From an uncultured delta proteobacterium (GTDB lineage Bacteria > Desulfobacterota > Binatia > UBA9968), in the NCBI GenBank assembly GCA_963804165.1, contig CAWDPO010000006.1:96001-160000 (forward strand): a stretch of DNA of 64,000 nt. Reading direction: 5' to 3'. The notes under the pieces were generated by a model. That model searched no databases and was not told where the DNA came from. It was given only the letters and a program-made list of their open reading frames with translations. The translations under genes and the position numbers were made by a program. Positions 1 through 9,341 of the stretch are shown in pieces; the stretch's first letter is position 1; each line of letters begins with the position of its first letter.

Positions 1-636
1 GCGCCGCATCATCGAATCACCGGTATTGACCCGTGCGTCGGCTTCGCGCCGGTCGATTGCGATATCGATCTCCGGACCGGTGAAGCCCACGACGAATTTC
101 GGATCCTTCAAACCGAGTATATAAGCGAAGAGCCGCCCGGTGATATAGACCGGATGGCCGACGGATTGGCCGCCGATCCGCACGCTCGGCGTGGAACGAA
201 GTTTTTCCAGAGTGTCCAGGTTGGCGTGGCGGTGGGTAATGAACAGATAGTGCTGAGCGCTGTCGGGCGTGCCGAGATAAATCAGCTTGTCGATATCGTA
301 CTGCACGCCCGTCGCGCCGAGCACGGCGTTGGTCACCAGCGCCGCACCCATGCTGCCGACGGTGAGCCCGTCGGGCTTGGCGACGCCGAAAACGTGATTG
401 GCCGCCTGCCGTCCGCCGCCCGCGCCCATGTATTGCATAACGATGGTGGGATTGCCGGGAATATGTTTGCGCAAAATATTGATTACACCGCGCGTTCTCA
501 AGTCCGCCGACCCCGCCGGCGGCCCGCCGAGAATCACGGTGATCGTTTTATCCTGGTAGAAGGGCGTCTGAGCGCGGCTGGAGTCACCGAAGAACAAACA
601 CAGAATAGAAACAACAGTGACAAGAGTCATCTTCAT
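1..636 (-). CDS. Bug/TctC-family tripartite tricarboxylate transporter substrate-binding protein (3' end runs off the window)
   Basis: Not in the ORF track; translated by hand. AAGGAG RBS, then MKMTLVTVVSILCLFFGDSSRAQTPFYQDKTITVILGGPPAGSADLRTRGVINILRKHIPGNPTIVMQYMGAGGGRQAANHVFGVAKPDGLT, a typical TctC N-terminus. ORF 154..669+ is its antisense shadow. Confidence 0.85.
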   Translation of the reverse strand, partial: MKMTLVTVVSILCLFFGDSSRAQTPFYQDKTITVILGGPPAGSADLRTRGVINILRKHIPGNPTIVMQYMGAGGGRQAANHVFGVAKPDGLTVGSMGAALVTNAVLGATGVQYDIDKLIYLGTPDSAQHYLFITHRHANLDTLEKLRSTPSVRIGGQSVGHPVYITGRLFAYILGLKDPKFVVGFTGPEIDIAIDRREADARVNTGDSMMRR

Positions 637-703
637 GCGGTTCGCTCCTTCGCTGACATAAAGCTCTGAAATTCACGCAGCAGCCCTGTGAATTTAAGAG
701 AGT

Positions 704-819
704 ATTTCCCGCAAAGACGCAAAGGGCGCAAAGTTCGGATCATACCGTCGAAAATCATTGGTAAGAGTCCTTATCTTTCCCCTTTAAACTTAGCGCCTTT
801 GCGCCTTGGCGGGAGAAAT
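704..819. repeat. Intergenic imperfect inverted repeat built from CGCAAAG units (REP-like)
   Basis: ATTTCCCGCAAAGACGCAAAGGGCGCAAAGTT (704-735) pairs with AACTTAGCGCCTTTGCGCCTTGGCGGGAGAAAT (787-819). Confidence 0.6.
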
Positions 820-923
820 TTCCGATTGGGCGAGCTTTCAGCTTCCAAATCATTCGCGTGAATTACTGCCGGCGTCTCGGCGGTGAATGTTTATTCTTTC
901 AGCTGGCCCCATGCCGCACTGAG

Positions 924-1898
924 CTACTGCGGTCGCGCGCCCAACTCGCGTCGCGCCTTTTCAAGAAAACTGAAATCGCTGACCTGCGCGACAGTGAATG
1001 GCTGCGCGACCTTCGAATCCTCCCGCACCAGGTCGATCATGAGCTGAAGCCCTTCCGGCTTGATCGTCATGTCGCGCAAGACGCCGCGGTTGAGTTGGCG
1101 CAGCATCTCGCCCGCGAGCTTCCGATCGGTGAGCCGCCACTGCTTCATAATGATATTTACCACTTCGTCGCGGTTGCGCGGATCGAGGCTATAGTAGAAT
1201 CCGCGCAAAGTGGCCCGCACCATACCGTAAACTTCGTCGGGATTTTCTTGAATCTTTTTAACCGAAGCGCCGAAACCGTTCTGCGGAAAACTGAGCACAT
1301 CGCCCAAAAACAGCAGCTCGCCGTAACCTTTTTCGACGGCGATGATGTTTTCCGGCACGCCGAGAAGCGCCGCGTCCACCGCGCCCGATTCGAGAGCGGC
1401 CAGACGGTTGTCCCTAAGCGGCACCACAGTCACGTCGCGACCCGGCTCGAGACCGAAGTGCTTGAGCGCAGCGTCCGCCATCAAGGTCGCCGTGCCACCG
1501 GCGGTGCTACCGCCGACTTTTTTCCCTTTGAGATCGCGCGTTGTCCGAATGTCTTTTCTGACGATGAACGACTGCAGCGGCCGATCGACGGCGCAGGCGA
1601 GAATCTTGGCGGGCGCGCCGCGCACGATTCCCTGAATGATGCCGTTTACCGCCGCGCTGTAGTCGAGATCGCCGCGCACGAACGCCGCGTTCACGGCTTG
1701 GGTCGCCATGAAGATCATTTCGAGGTCGATCCCTTGATCCCGATAAAATCCCTTATGAAAGGCGGCGTGAAAAGGCAGAAAGCCGATGTTGGTGGATTGG
1801 ATACCCATCCTGATCTTCTTGGCGGGCGCCTGCGCAAGAACATTGGCGTCAGCAACGGCGAGCCAGAAAATCAGAAATGACAAAGCGCGGAGCATCAT
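924..1898 (-). CDS. ABC transporter substrate-binding protein, NMT1/THI5/SsuA-like
   Basis: Signal peptide; KGFYRDQGIDLE, DLKGKKVG and ALESGAVDAA motifs; C-terminal DFSFLEKA. Confidence 0.88.
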   Translation of the reverse strand: MMLRALSFLIFWLAVADANVLAQAPAKKIRMGIQSTNIGFLPFHAAFHKGFYRDQGIDLEMIFMATQAVNAAFVRGDLDYSAAVNGIIQGIVRGAPAKILACAVDRPLQSFIVRKDIRTTRDLKGKKVGGSTAGGTATLMADAALKHFGLEPGRDVTVVPLRDNRLAALESGAVDAALLGVPENIIAVEKGYGELLFLGDVLSFPQNGFGASVKKIQENPDEVYGMVRATLRGFYYSLDPRNRDEVVNIIMKQWRLTDRKLAGEMLRQLNRGVLRDMTIKPEGLQLMIDLVREDSKVAQPFTVAQVSDFSFLEKARRELGARPQ

Positions 1899-2120
1899 CG
1901 TCCCACCTCGGAAGCGACGCCACTCTTATAACAAGCCAAGTTGGGCGGCAAGCCATTTCGGCGCATTGGTGAATCTCCATGTCCGCGCCCGCGCACATTT
2001 GATCTGGACATCCGTTTCTCGCTGGAGTATCAGGGCTGAGTCATCCGGGTGTCCGGCTTTAATCTATGTCTCTAGTGTGTGTATCTGATATTCGTCGAAT
2101 AATTGCTGCATCGCCGATCA

Positions 2121-2207
2121 AAATCTCCCCTTCCCCTCTTTTCGAAAGAGGGGTGAGAGTAATATCGGAGAAAATTCCCCCTTTGAAAAAGGGGACAAGG
2201 GGGATTT
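2121..2207. repeat. REP-like doublet (CCCCTCTTT..AAAGAGGGG / CCCCCTTT..AAAGGGG)
   Basis: Two GC hairpins inside outer AAATCTCCCC / GGGGGATTT arms. Confidence 0.65.
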
Positions 2208-2308
2208 GAGCGTGATTTCAGCTACTGCCGTGTATTGCATTTGTTAAACGAACTTTAGTACAGGACACTGGTTTGATGCCGGCAAAACATTCGTATGGAG
2301 CGCAAACG

Positions 2309-3301
2309 ATGAAAGTGTTTCAATCGCTGATAGCTCTGCTGGTTAATTTCTCATTCCTTGCGAATGCCCCGGCGCAAGAAAAGAAGCCCACCACCATCAA
2401 CCTCGGCTATTCTGCGATCAGCGGCAGTTTCGCGCCGCTCTGGGTTGGCTTCGACCAGGGCCTGTTCGCCAAGCACGGCATCGATCTCAAGATGGCCTAC
2501 ATCCAGGGCAACCGGGTAATGATGTCGGCATTGACCGCGGGCGAGATTCACATCTATCAAGGCGGCGCCGAAGGCTTGATCCGGCTCGTGTCGGGAGGCG
2601 GCGACGGCATTTTCATCGCCACGCAGTACAACTCCGTCAACCACTACGTTCTGATGACCGATCCGAGCATCACGCGCCTCGAAGATCTGCGCGGCAAGAG
2701 ACTCGCGCTCGATCCCACCAGCCCGACTTACGGCTACATGCTCAAAGTGCTCGAAACAGTGGGATTGAAAAAAGAAGATGTGAGCTTCGTGCAATTCGGC
2801 ACCGTCGGACAGCCGGAGCGTTCCATGGCGGTCATGCGCAAACAGGCCGCGGCAACCATTCTCACGGCGCCGAATACCTACGCCGCAGAGAAGCAGGGTT
2901 TAAGAAAATTTTCGATCATTCGCGAGCTCGGCATCCGCCAATTGATCACCGTCAGCGCGACCACCAAAAGATTTCTCCGTGAAAAACGTGAAGTTGCTGA
3001 CGCGTATCTGCGCGCCTACGTCGAAGCTCTCGCTTATGTAAAAGCCAATCGCGATATCACGATGAAAGTAATCGCCAAATACACCCGCCAGCGCGACCCG
3101 GAGGTGCTCGTTAAATTCTACGACGACCTGGTGCCTGACCTGCCGCGCATCCCCTACATCGACGAAGTCTCGGCGCGGGCCACCGTCGAGGCGATGCAGG
3201 CGCAGGGCCCGCCGCTACCGAAAGTGGATGTGAAAGCGCTATACGATAATAGTCTGTTGAAGACGATTGAAGCGGATCTAGAGCGCGATAGACGCCGCTA
3301 G
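2309..3301 (+). CDS. ABC transporter substrate-binding protein, NMT1/THI5-like
   Basis: GGAG RBS before ATG 2309; signal peptide; APLWVGFDQGLFAKHGIDL and DLRGKRLA motifs. Confidence 0.88.
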   Translation: MKVFQSLIALLVNFSFLANAPAQEKKPTTINLGYSAISGSFAPLWVGFDQGLFAKHGIDLKMAYIQGNRVMMSALTAGEIHIYQGGAEGLIRLVSGGGDGIFIATQYNSVNHYVLMTDPSITRLEDLRGKRLALDPTSPTYGYMLKVLETVGLKKEDVSFVQFGTVGQPERSMAVMRKQAAATILTAPNTYAAEKQGLRKFSIIRELGIRQLITVSATTKRFLREKREVADAYLRAYVEALAYVKANRDITMKVIAKYTRQRDPEVLVKFYDDLVPDLPRIPYIDEVSARATVEAMQAQGPPLPKVDVKALYDNSLLKTIEADLERDRRR

Positions 3302-3328
3302 CCCCACCGGAGTGACATATTGGCCACC

Positions 3329-3355
3329 TGTCATCTCGAACGAAGTGAGAGATCT
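3329..3355. repeat. REP-like palindrome (TGTCATCTCGAACGAAGTGAGAGATCT family)
   Basis: Related copies at 4834-4855 and 39274-39440. Confidence 0.5.
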
Positions 3356-3385
3356 TTCCGAACTGCCATGCAGATGCACGTAGAC

Positions 3386-3601
3386 TCATGAAGATTCCGC
3401 CTCCGCCCGCCGTTGCTCGATCGAGTAGCGCACCAATGCGGCATACCGGTAAACCACGTGGGCAAACTTTCCATAAGGCAATGTAATGAACAATCCCGCG
3501 ACCACGCCTAAATGGATCACCAGCAGCGTTCCCATCGCTGCTGTTTCCCGCAGCGCTAACAGTAACAATCCTGTGAAGCTCGTCATAAACAACAGTACGA
3601 G
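3386..3601 (-). pseudogene. tcuB: Diverged 3'-end remnant of a second tcuB copy
   Basis: LVLLFMTSFTGLLLLALRETAAMGTLLVIHLGVVAGLFITLPYGKFAHVVYRYAALVRYSIEQRRAEAESS aligns with the TcuB C-terminus (4894-5110). It is cut off exactly at the repeat tract of the transposase element. Confidence 0.88.
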
Positions 3602-3657
3602 GGTCAAGGGTCGGGGTCACAGGGTCGGGGTCACACAGGGTCGGGGTCAGGCCTGAG
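3600..3657. repeat. Left end of Y1 element: 3x AGGGTCGGGGTCA running into terminal IR GGGTCAGGCCTGAG
   Basis: Units at 3607, 3621 and 3637, plus a partial AGGGTCA at 3600; palindrome TCAGGCCTGA at 3647-3656. Confidence 0.9.
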
Positions 3658-4648
3658 CCTGGATTTTACGCCTCAGCGCACCGGCCACAATCCGTTCTCG
3701 GCTATCGTCCCTTTTCTCTTCATAGTCTTTATACAAACGGCTGATCATCGACGGATCGCGTCCCAAACGCTTGCCCAACTCCTGCGTTGTCATTCCCTCC
3801 CATTCGCGTGCCAAATATACCAAAAATTTCCGCCCCTCGATCCAATCCCTCTGCCGCCCACTGCCGGTCAGCGCCTCTTTCGTTATGTGCCATTGTCTCG
3901 CTACCGCGTCTAGTAGTCGCTCGAAACCGACTTTCGGCCCCTTCGCGTCGAGGTCTCTTACCTTTGCCTGAGACGCAACCTTCTCCACAAATGTCTCATC
4001 GCCCAAAAACCGCTGGTCCGTTGCCTGATAATATTTCTCTTCGTGACCTCTGGCCAGGCCATCTTCCATAAACTTCACATAGCCGCGTCTCGCTTGTGCC
4101 ACCCCTTTGGCCATCTGCCCCAGCACCGCTTCCGTTTCGACTTTGACTTCACTCTCTTCTCCAAGATAGGACCGATGGCTGCTCCAGCGAAATTTCCATG
4201 GGTCTACCCAGTTTCTCATCCGACCCGGATTTAGGTGAATGTATCTTACCAGCTCAAGCAAATACGCGTCGCGATCGCAGAGAATCGCCTTGTAGCGCCC
4301 TTGAAATAAGTGGCCCACCGTGTGATGGCGACGGTTGTACGTCTGGGTATAGGTGAACTGTATCGCCTGCATGATTTTGGAAAGAAGTACCCTCCTCGTC
4401 TCCAGCAGCAAATGCACATGATTGGACATCAAAACGTATCCGTAGACTACGAAACCGCAGCGCTGGCGATAGTGTTCGAGACGCTCAAGGTACGCCGTCC
4501 GGTCCTCGTCATCACGAAAAACTATCCGGCGCTGATTGCCCCGCACGATGACATGATAGAAAGCCCCTTCAAACTCGACTCGTGACTTTCGTGCCATGGT
4601 TCATTCCTATCAGATCCCCCCTCTTAAGTACAGACTCAGGCCTGACCC
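3644..4648 (-). mobile_element. IS200/IS605-superfamily (RAYT-like) element bounded by 14-bp perfect inverted repeats
   Basis: GGGTCAGGCCTGAG (3644-3657) and CTCAGGCCTGACCC (4635-4648), extendable inward to 21/25 identity, enclose a single Y1 transposase gene. Confidence 0.75.
3647..4597 (-). CDS. HUH Y1 tyrosine transposase (REP-associated type) with C-terminal DnaA-C-like HTH
   Basis: FYHVIVRGN, YVLMSNHVHLL (HUH), GHLFQGRYKAIL, RYIHLNP (catalytic Tyr), WSSHRSY; C-terminal LVYLAREWEGMTTQELGKRLGRDPSMISR. Confidence 0.92.
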   Translation of the reverse strand: MARKSRVEFEGAFYHVIVRGNQRRIVFRDDEDRTAYLERLEHYRQRCGFVVYGYVLMSNHVHLLLETRRVLLSKIMQAIQFTYTQTYNRRHHTVGHLFQGRYKAILCDRDAYLLELVRYIHLNPGRMRNWVDPWKFRWSSHRSYLGEESEVKVETEAVLGQMAKGVAQARRGYVKFMEDGLARGHEEKYYQATDQRFLGDETFVEKVASQAKVRDLDAKGPKVGFERLLDAVARQWHITKEALTGSGRQRDWIEGRKFLVYLAREWEGMTTQELGKRLGRDPSMISRLYKDYEEKRDDSRERIVAGALRRKIQAQA

Positions 4649-4732
4649 TAAACTCTTCTAAATCTAAACTCTCCTTAAACTCTCCTCCTAAACTCTCCTA
4701 AACTCTTCTACCTAAAACTCTCTAAACTCTTC
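4649..4732. repeat. Irregular tandem repeat TAAACTCT(C/T)n at the right end of the Y1 element
   Basis: 7 TAAA(A)CTCT units (4649, 4665, 4676, 4689, 4699, 4713, 4723) plus 2 truncated units, directly abutting the right IR. Confidence 0.9.
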
Positions 4733-4893
4733 TGCACTCGCAGCCTATCTCCCCCACGGTTTGGTTGGCTGACGCCCAACCATTACAAACGATATCGCTG
4801 CCGCCTCGGTTCAAGAATTGTGATGCTGCTACGATCCCGAACGATGTGAGAGACCGTGCTTGAGTCGGCGTATCGATTGAACAACACGCGACT

Positions 4894-6006
4894 CTACGAA
4901 GAATGTGCCTCGGCCCTTCGCTGCTCGATGGAATAGCGCACCAAAGCTGCGTAGCGGTACACGACGTGGGCGAACTTACCGTAGGGCGCGGTGATGAAGA
5001 GACCGGCGACGAATCCTAAATGGATGACAAGGAGTATTCCCATAGCGGAAGTTTCACGGAACGCTAACAACAAAAGTCCGGTGAAGCTCGTCGAAAACAA
5101 CAATATAAGAAACGCCACGTCCATGGTGAGCATGGTGGAATCGGCGGGTGCGCGGTCGCTTTGCCATTTCAGATAAAGCAATCCGGCCGGGCCGATCAAC
5201 AAGCCGATGCCGCCGACCGTGCCGAGAACCACCGGTGCGCTGAAATAGGGATACGGCGCTTGCCAACCGAGAAAGTGATCGTAGAACGCGGCGATGCTCG
5301 TGGCCGCCAAGTCGAGTAGAAATCCATAAAATGTCAGATGGTGATACCACATGCGCGATCGCGAGAAGCTCTCGCCGGGATAATTGCAGCCGGCGCCGCC
5401 GCCTTTCATATAAGCGAGGCCGAACGCATCTTTGGTCGCGCGCCACAGCGCGGACGGATCGACGAGGGCGGCAACCGGTCCTTGGGTCTCGCGCCAGAAG
5501 CGCAGCGTGCCGGCAACGAAGATCGCGAAGCCATAGAGCGCGATGAGCGACGGCGCTACGGTCATCGCGACAAACGGCACGACGCGGTAAAACGTCCCTT
5601 CTCCGAGATGCGTGGCGAATAAAACATCAGGGCCTTGGAATATCAGCACAAGCCCAAGAATGATGACGATCGACGCCAAGGTGATTACGCTCACCGCCAG
5701 CGCGTTGCGGTTGAATAAAGCCGACAAAATCGCCGGCCAGGTAAACTCCCGATAAGTATCGGAGCGGAGCTCGGACATGAGTTTCGGAATATTGACGCCG
5801 AATTCGTGCGGCGGAGCGTATTGGCAAGCGTAATAGCAGTCGCGGCAATCGAAGCAAAGATTGGCAAGATAAGTCAGATCCGCTTTGGTAAAGACGCGGC
5901 GCTGCTCCATCGCCGGAAAAACCGCGCAGTAGCCTTCGCAGTACCGGCAAGCGTTGCAGATCGTCATCTGCCGCGCCCCGTCTTTAACAAGGTCAAAATC
6001 CGGCAC
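4894..6006 (-). CDS. tcuB: Tricarballylate utilization 4Fe-4S membrane protein TcuB
   Basis: ICNACRYCEGYCAVFPAM, LCFDCRDCYYACQYAPPHEF, PYGKFAH; GTG start at 6006 with GGAGG RBS; adjacent to tcuA. Confidence 0.93.
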   Translation of the reverse strand: MPDFDLVKDGARQMTICNACRYCEGYCAVFPAMEQRRVFTKADLTYLANLCFDCRDCYYACQYAPPHEFGVNIPKLMSELRSDTYREFTWPAILSALFNRNALAVSVITLASIVIILGLVLIFQGPDVLFATHLGEGTFYRVVPFVAMTVAPSLIALYGFAIFVAGTLRFWRETQGPVAALVDPSALWRATKDAFGLAYMKGGGAGCNYPGESFSRSRMWYHHLTFYGFLLDLAATSIAAFYDHFLGWQAPYPYFSAPVVLGTVGGIGLLIGPAGLLYLKWQSDRAPADSTMLTMDVAFLILLFSTSFTGLLLLAFRETSAMGILLVIHLGFVAGLFITAPYGKFAHVVYRYAALVRYSIEQRRAEAHSS

Positions 6007-7393
6007 AGCGCGCCGCCTCCCGCCCGGCAATTCTCCCGAATACGGAACCGATGGTTAAGCCGAATCCCGCGAGATAACCTTTGCCGAGAATATTGCCCGC
6101 CATCACTTCACCCGCCGCGAAAACATTTTTCGCCGGCCGATCGTCTTGCATGATCACCTGCGCCTGCTCGTTCACGGTAACTCCTAGATAAGTAAACGTG
6201 ATCCCTGGCCGCAGCGGATAGCCGTAATACGGCGGCGTATCGATCAGCCTGGCCCAGTGGCTCTTCGGCGGATGAAGCCCCGTCGTAACACAATCGTCCA
6301 AACTGCCTGGATCGAACTTTCCACCGTGCACCGAGCGGTTGAATTCATCGACGACGGCCGAAAGCGCGCGCGGATCGATCTGCAACGCCGTGGCAAGCTC
6401 GGCGATGGAAGCTGCCTCAACCGGCGGAAACACCGACGGCATGAAGTGCGGCAACCCTTTGGCATCGACGACGGAATAAGCGATCTGGTCCGGCTGCTCG
6501 GCGATGAGCCGGCCCCAAATCGCATAGCGCTTCGGCCAAAAATCCTCGCCCTCGTCGTAGAAACGCTTCACGTCTTTATTGACGACGATACCGAACGGCA
6601 CGCTGTCCAGCCGGGTCACGATACCGCCGTCGAATTTCGGCGCGCGCGCGTCCAGCGCGACGGCGTGGCAGCCGCGCGGGTCGCCCTCCGGCTTGGCGCC
6701 GTGCCTGAGCAACTCTTTCAGCATGCCGCCTTTGTTGTGCGGCGTGCCGCGGATGATGAAATTGTCCGCCGCGTCGCCCCAGTATTCTTTCAGCCAGGGA
6801 ATATTCGCTTCGAAGCCGCCCGAAGCAACAACGAGAACTTTTGCATCGATCGTACGCAAGTCTCCGTCGTTGACGCACACCGCCGAAACAAATTGGCCGT
6901 CGCGCATTTCCAGTTCGCGCACTTCGGTTTGATAATAAATCTCCACGCCGAGCTTCGCCGCCGTAGCATAGTACGCGTTCATCATCGCCTTGCCGCCGCC
7001 CAGCATGAATAGATTGCTGCGCGTGAGATGGAGTGTGCCGCGCAGCGGCTTTTGCCAGCGCACGCCGTTGGCCGGCATCCAGTCGCCCAGCTCCTCGGAG
7101 TTACGAATCGTCAAACGCGCGAGCGCTTCGTTGGTTGCCCCGCCCGTGACACCTAGAAGATCCTGCCAAAATTCTTCTTCGCCGTAGGCGCCGGTGACGA
7201 ACTCCGTCGCCGCCTTGTGCATATAACGAATATCGCGTGTGTGGCGGCTATTGCCGCCGCGAAAATCTTTTGTCGCGCATTCGAGCACGACCACACTCGC
7301 CCCGGCGCGGCGCGCCGTGATCGCCGCGCACAACGCGGCGTTGCCGCCGCCGATGACGAGAACGTCGAACGTCGCGCGAGCGTTACTCATCAT
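5993..7393 (-). CDS. tcuA: FAD-dependent tricarballylate dehydrogenase TcuA
   Basis: DVLVIGGGNAALCAA, RGGNSRHTR, DARAPKFDGGIVTRLD, DEGEDFWPKRYAIWG, GITFTYLG. Confidence 0.93.
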   Translation of the reverse strand: MMSNARATFDVLVIGGGNAALCAAITARRAGASVVVLECATKDFRGGNSRHTRDIRYMHKAATEFVTGAYGEEEFWQDLLGVTGGATNEALARLTIRNSEELGDWMPANGVRWQKPLRGTLHLTRSNLFMLGGGKAMMNAYYATAAKLGVEIYYQTEVRELEMRDGQFVSAVCVNDGDLRTIDAKVLVVASGGFEANIPWLKEYWGDAADNFIIRGTPHNKGGMLKELLRHGAKPEGDPRGCHAVALDARAPKFDGGIVTRLDSVPFGIVVNKDVKRFYDEGEDFWPKRYAIWGRLIAEQPDQIAYSVVDAKGLPHFMPSVFPPVEAASIAELATALQIDPRALSAVVDEFNRSVHGGKFDPGSLDDCVTTGLHPPKSHWARLIDTPPYYGYPLRPGITFTYLGVTVNEQAQVIMQDDRPAKNVFAAGEVMAGNILGKGYLAGFGLTIGSVFGRIAGREAARCAGF

Positions 7394-9321
7394 CCGAGCA
7401 CAATGCCTTCCGGCCAGTATAGACCGAGCAGTCGGCTCATGAGCAGGGTCACACCGACCACAACACCGGTATAGATGAGGGCATGAAACCAGCGCATTTG
7501 GACCCAGCCGAAAAGAAAGCCGAAGGTAAAAACCGTGGTAGCGATGCCGAAGCCGAATAGCAAGATCAGCAACAGATACAAGACGAGTGAGAAAAAATAG
7601 CCCAGCGCCAATCTGGTTTTCTTTCTCGTTTCCGCTCCCGGCGCTTCCGTAGTCGCGCGCACTTCCAAGACGATCTGCGCCGCGGCCATGAAAATCGCCG
7701 GGATCGTCGCCGCCATCGGAAAGATGGCGCCCAGGTGGGGAAACTCTTGCGCCTCATAAAGCGCCGCCGCTGCGACCAGTAAAACAAGGACCGTAAATAG
7801 CACCGACGGTAGTTTTCCCAAGAGCACTGCGCCCTCGCCTGACTCCTCGGCCGCGATGTCGTTGCCTCTGCGTCTGTGGTGGACAATCCAGCCGATGGAA
7901 GCGATGAGCAGTAGACCCAGAGCTAAAACTCCGGGACGCCACAGCCAAGCAAAATCGTAACGGCTGATCGATAGCCACAGATACTGTTCTGTCGGTTTGG
8001 TCAAAACGAAGCCGACGAGAAAAGGCGCACGCGGCCATCCCAACTGTTTCATGAGCCAGCCGAGCAGGCCCAGGCCGAGCATGGCGTAGATATCGCCGAA
8101 CTGCTGGGAACTCTGAAAGGCGCCAAAGAAAATCGTGACGACGACGGCCGGAGCCAGTCGGTCGAAGGGAATCCAGGTGAGTCGCGCCAGCGCCGGGCTC
8201 AAAAAAAGACAGAGCGCGGCGCCGACAGTGTTGGCGATGGCGAAGCTCCAGATAATAGTAAAAATCAGATCGAGGTTTTCCTGCACCATGCGCGGGCCGG
8301 GCTGGATGCCGTAGAAAAACAGCGCGCCCAACAGGATCGCGGACGGAGCGCCGCCCGGAACGCTGAACAGCAGCGTGGGAATGAAATCGCCGGCCTCGAC
8401 GGAATTGTTGGCGCTTTCCGGGCCGATGACCCCGCGAATATCGCCCTTGCCGAATTTTTCACGGTCGCGGGCCATGGCGACCACGTGACCATAGGCCATC
8501 CACGAGCCCGCCGTAGCGCCGATGCCGGGAAGGATTCCCGCCCACACGCCGATGAGCGAACCGCGCACCACGATGCCCCAATGTTGCATCACGTCTCTGA
8601 CCCCGTGGAGCCAACCATGTCCTAACGGGATTCGCTCGGCGATCTTGCCGCCTTTGGCCAGCAGATCGATGATCTCCGCAATGCCGAAGATTCCCAAGGC
8701 GACTCCGACCAGGGGAATGCCGTCGAGCAGGTAAAGCTGGTCGAAGGTATAGCGATTGACGGCATCTGCGGGAGCGGAGCCCACGCTTCCCAACAACAGC
8801 CCCAGGCAAGCCGCCAGCCCGCCTTTAAGCGGCGCGCCGCCGGTGAGAAAGCCGGCAAAGGAGAGACCGAGAACGCAGAGCATCAACAACTCGGGAGAGC
8901 CGAAGAGCAAAACCAGAGGCCGCGCGATCGGCAGAGAAAGAGTCAAAAAAACCGCGCCGATCAGACCGCCGATCAACGACGACAAAAACGCCGCGCTCAA
9001 GGCTCTGGCGGCCTGGCCCTGCTTGGCCAGCGGATGACCATCCAGAATTGTCGCGGCGGCCGCGGCGGAACCAGGAGTGCCGATGAGCACCGAGGTGATG
9101 GTGTCGGAGGTATGGACCACCGCGAGCGATCCGACCAGCAGGATCATCGCCGAGTGCACGTCGAGCGTATAGATGAAAGGCAGCAGGATGGCGACGCACG
9201 CGATGCCGCCCAGGCCGGGCAGGATACCGATGACCGTACCGGCGAGCACGCCGGCCATCAGCATGCCCAGATGAAGAGGGTCGGCGAACCTCTCAAGCGC
9301 GATTAAGGCGGCATCCCACAT
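7390..9321 (-). CDS. tctA: TctA tripartite tricarboxylate transporter permease with fused C-terminal TctB-like domain
   Basis: GILPGLG, GTPGSAAAAATILDGHPLAKQG, GPESANNS; about 140 extra residues with roughly 4 TM helices at the C-terminus. Confidence 0.88.
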   Translation of the reverse strand: MWDAALIALERFADPLHLGMLMAGVLAGTVIGILPGLGGIACVAILLPFIYTLDVHSAMILLVGSLAVVHTSDTITSVLIGTPGSAAAAATILDGHPLAKQGQAARALSAAFLSSLIGGLIGAVFLTLSLPIARPLVLLFGSPELLMLCVLGLSFAGFLTGGAPLKGGLAACLGLLLGSVGSAPADAVNRYTFDQLYLLDGIPLVGVALGIFGIAEIIDLLAKGGKIAERIPLGHGWLHGVRDVMQHWGIVVRGSLIGVWAGILPGIGATAGSWMAYGHVVAMARDREKFGKGDIRGVIGPESANNSVEAGDFIPTLLFSVPGGAPSAILLGALFFYGIQPGPRMVQENLDLIFTIIWSFAIANTVGAALCLFLSPALARLTWIPFDRLAPAVVVTIFFGAFQSSQQFGDIYAMLGLGLLGWLMKQLGWPRAPFLVGFVLTKPTEQYLWLSISRYDFAWLWRPGVLALGLLLIASIGWIVHHRRRGNDIAAEESGEGAVLLGKLPSVLFTVLVLLVAAAALYEAQEFPHLGAIFPMAATIPAIFMAAAQIVLEVRATTEAPGAETRKKTRLALGYFFSLVLYLLLILLFGFGIATTVFTFGFLFGWVQMRWFHALIYTGVVVGVTLLMSRLLGLYWPEGIVLG

Positions 9322-9341
9322 GGGAAGGGGGATTGGGGTAA

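Noticed and set aside
154-1880. Long plus-strand ORFs 154..669 and 858..1880 (and similar ones such as 55692..56708 and 60079..61158)
   Set aside because: Antisense shadows of real minus-strand genes in high-GC DNA; they contain no recognisable motifs.
3600-4732. Tandem repeats as a CRISPR array
   Set aside because: Units are 8-13 nt with no unique spacers, and there are no cas genes.
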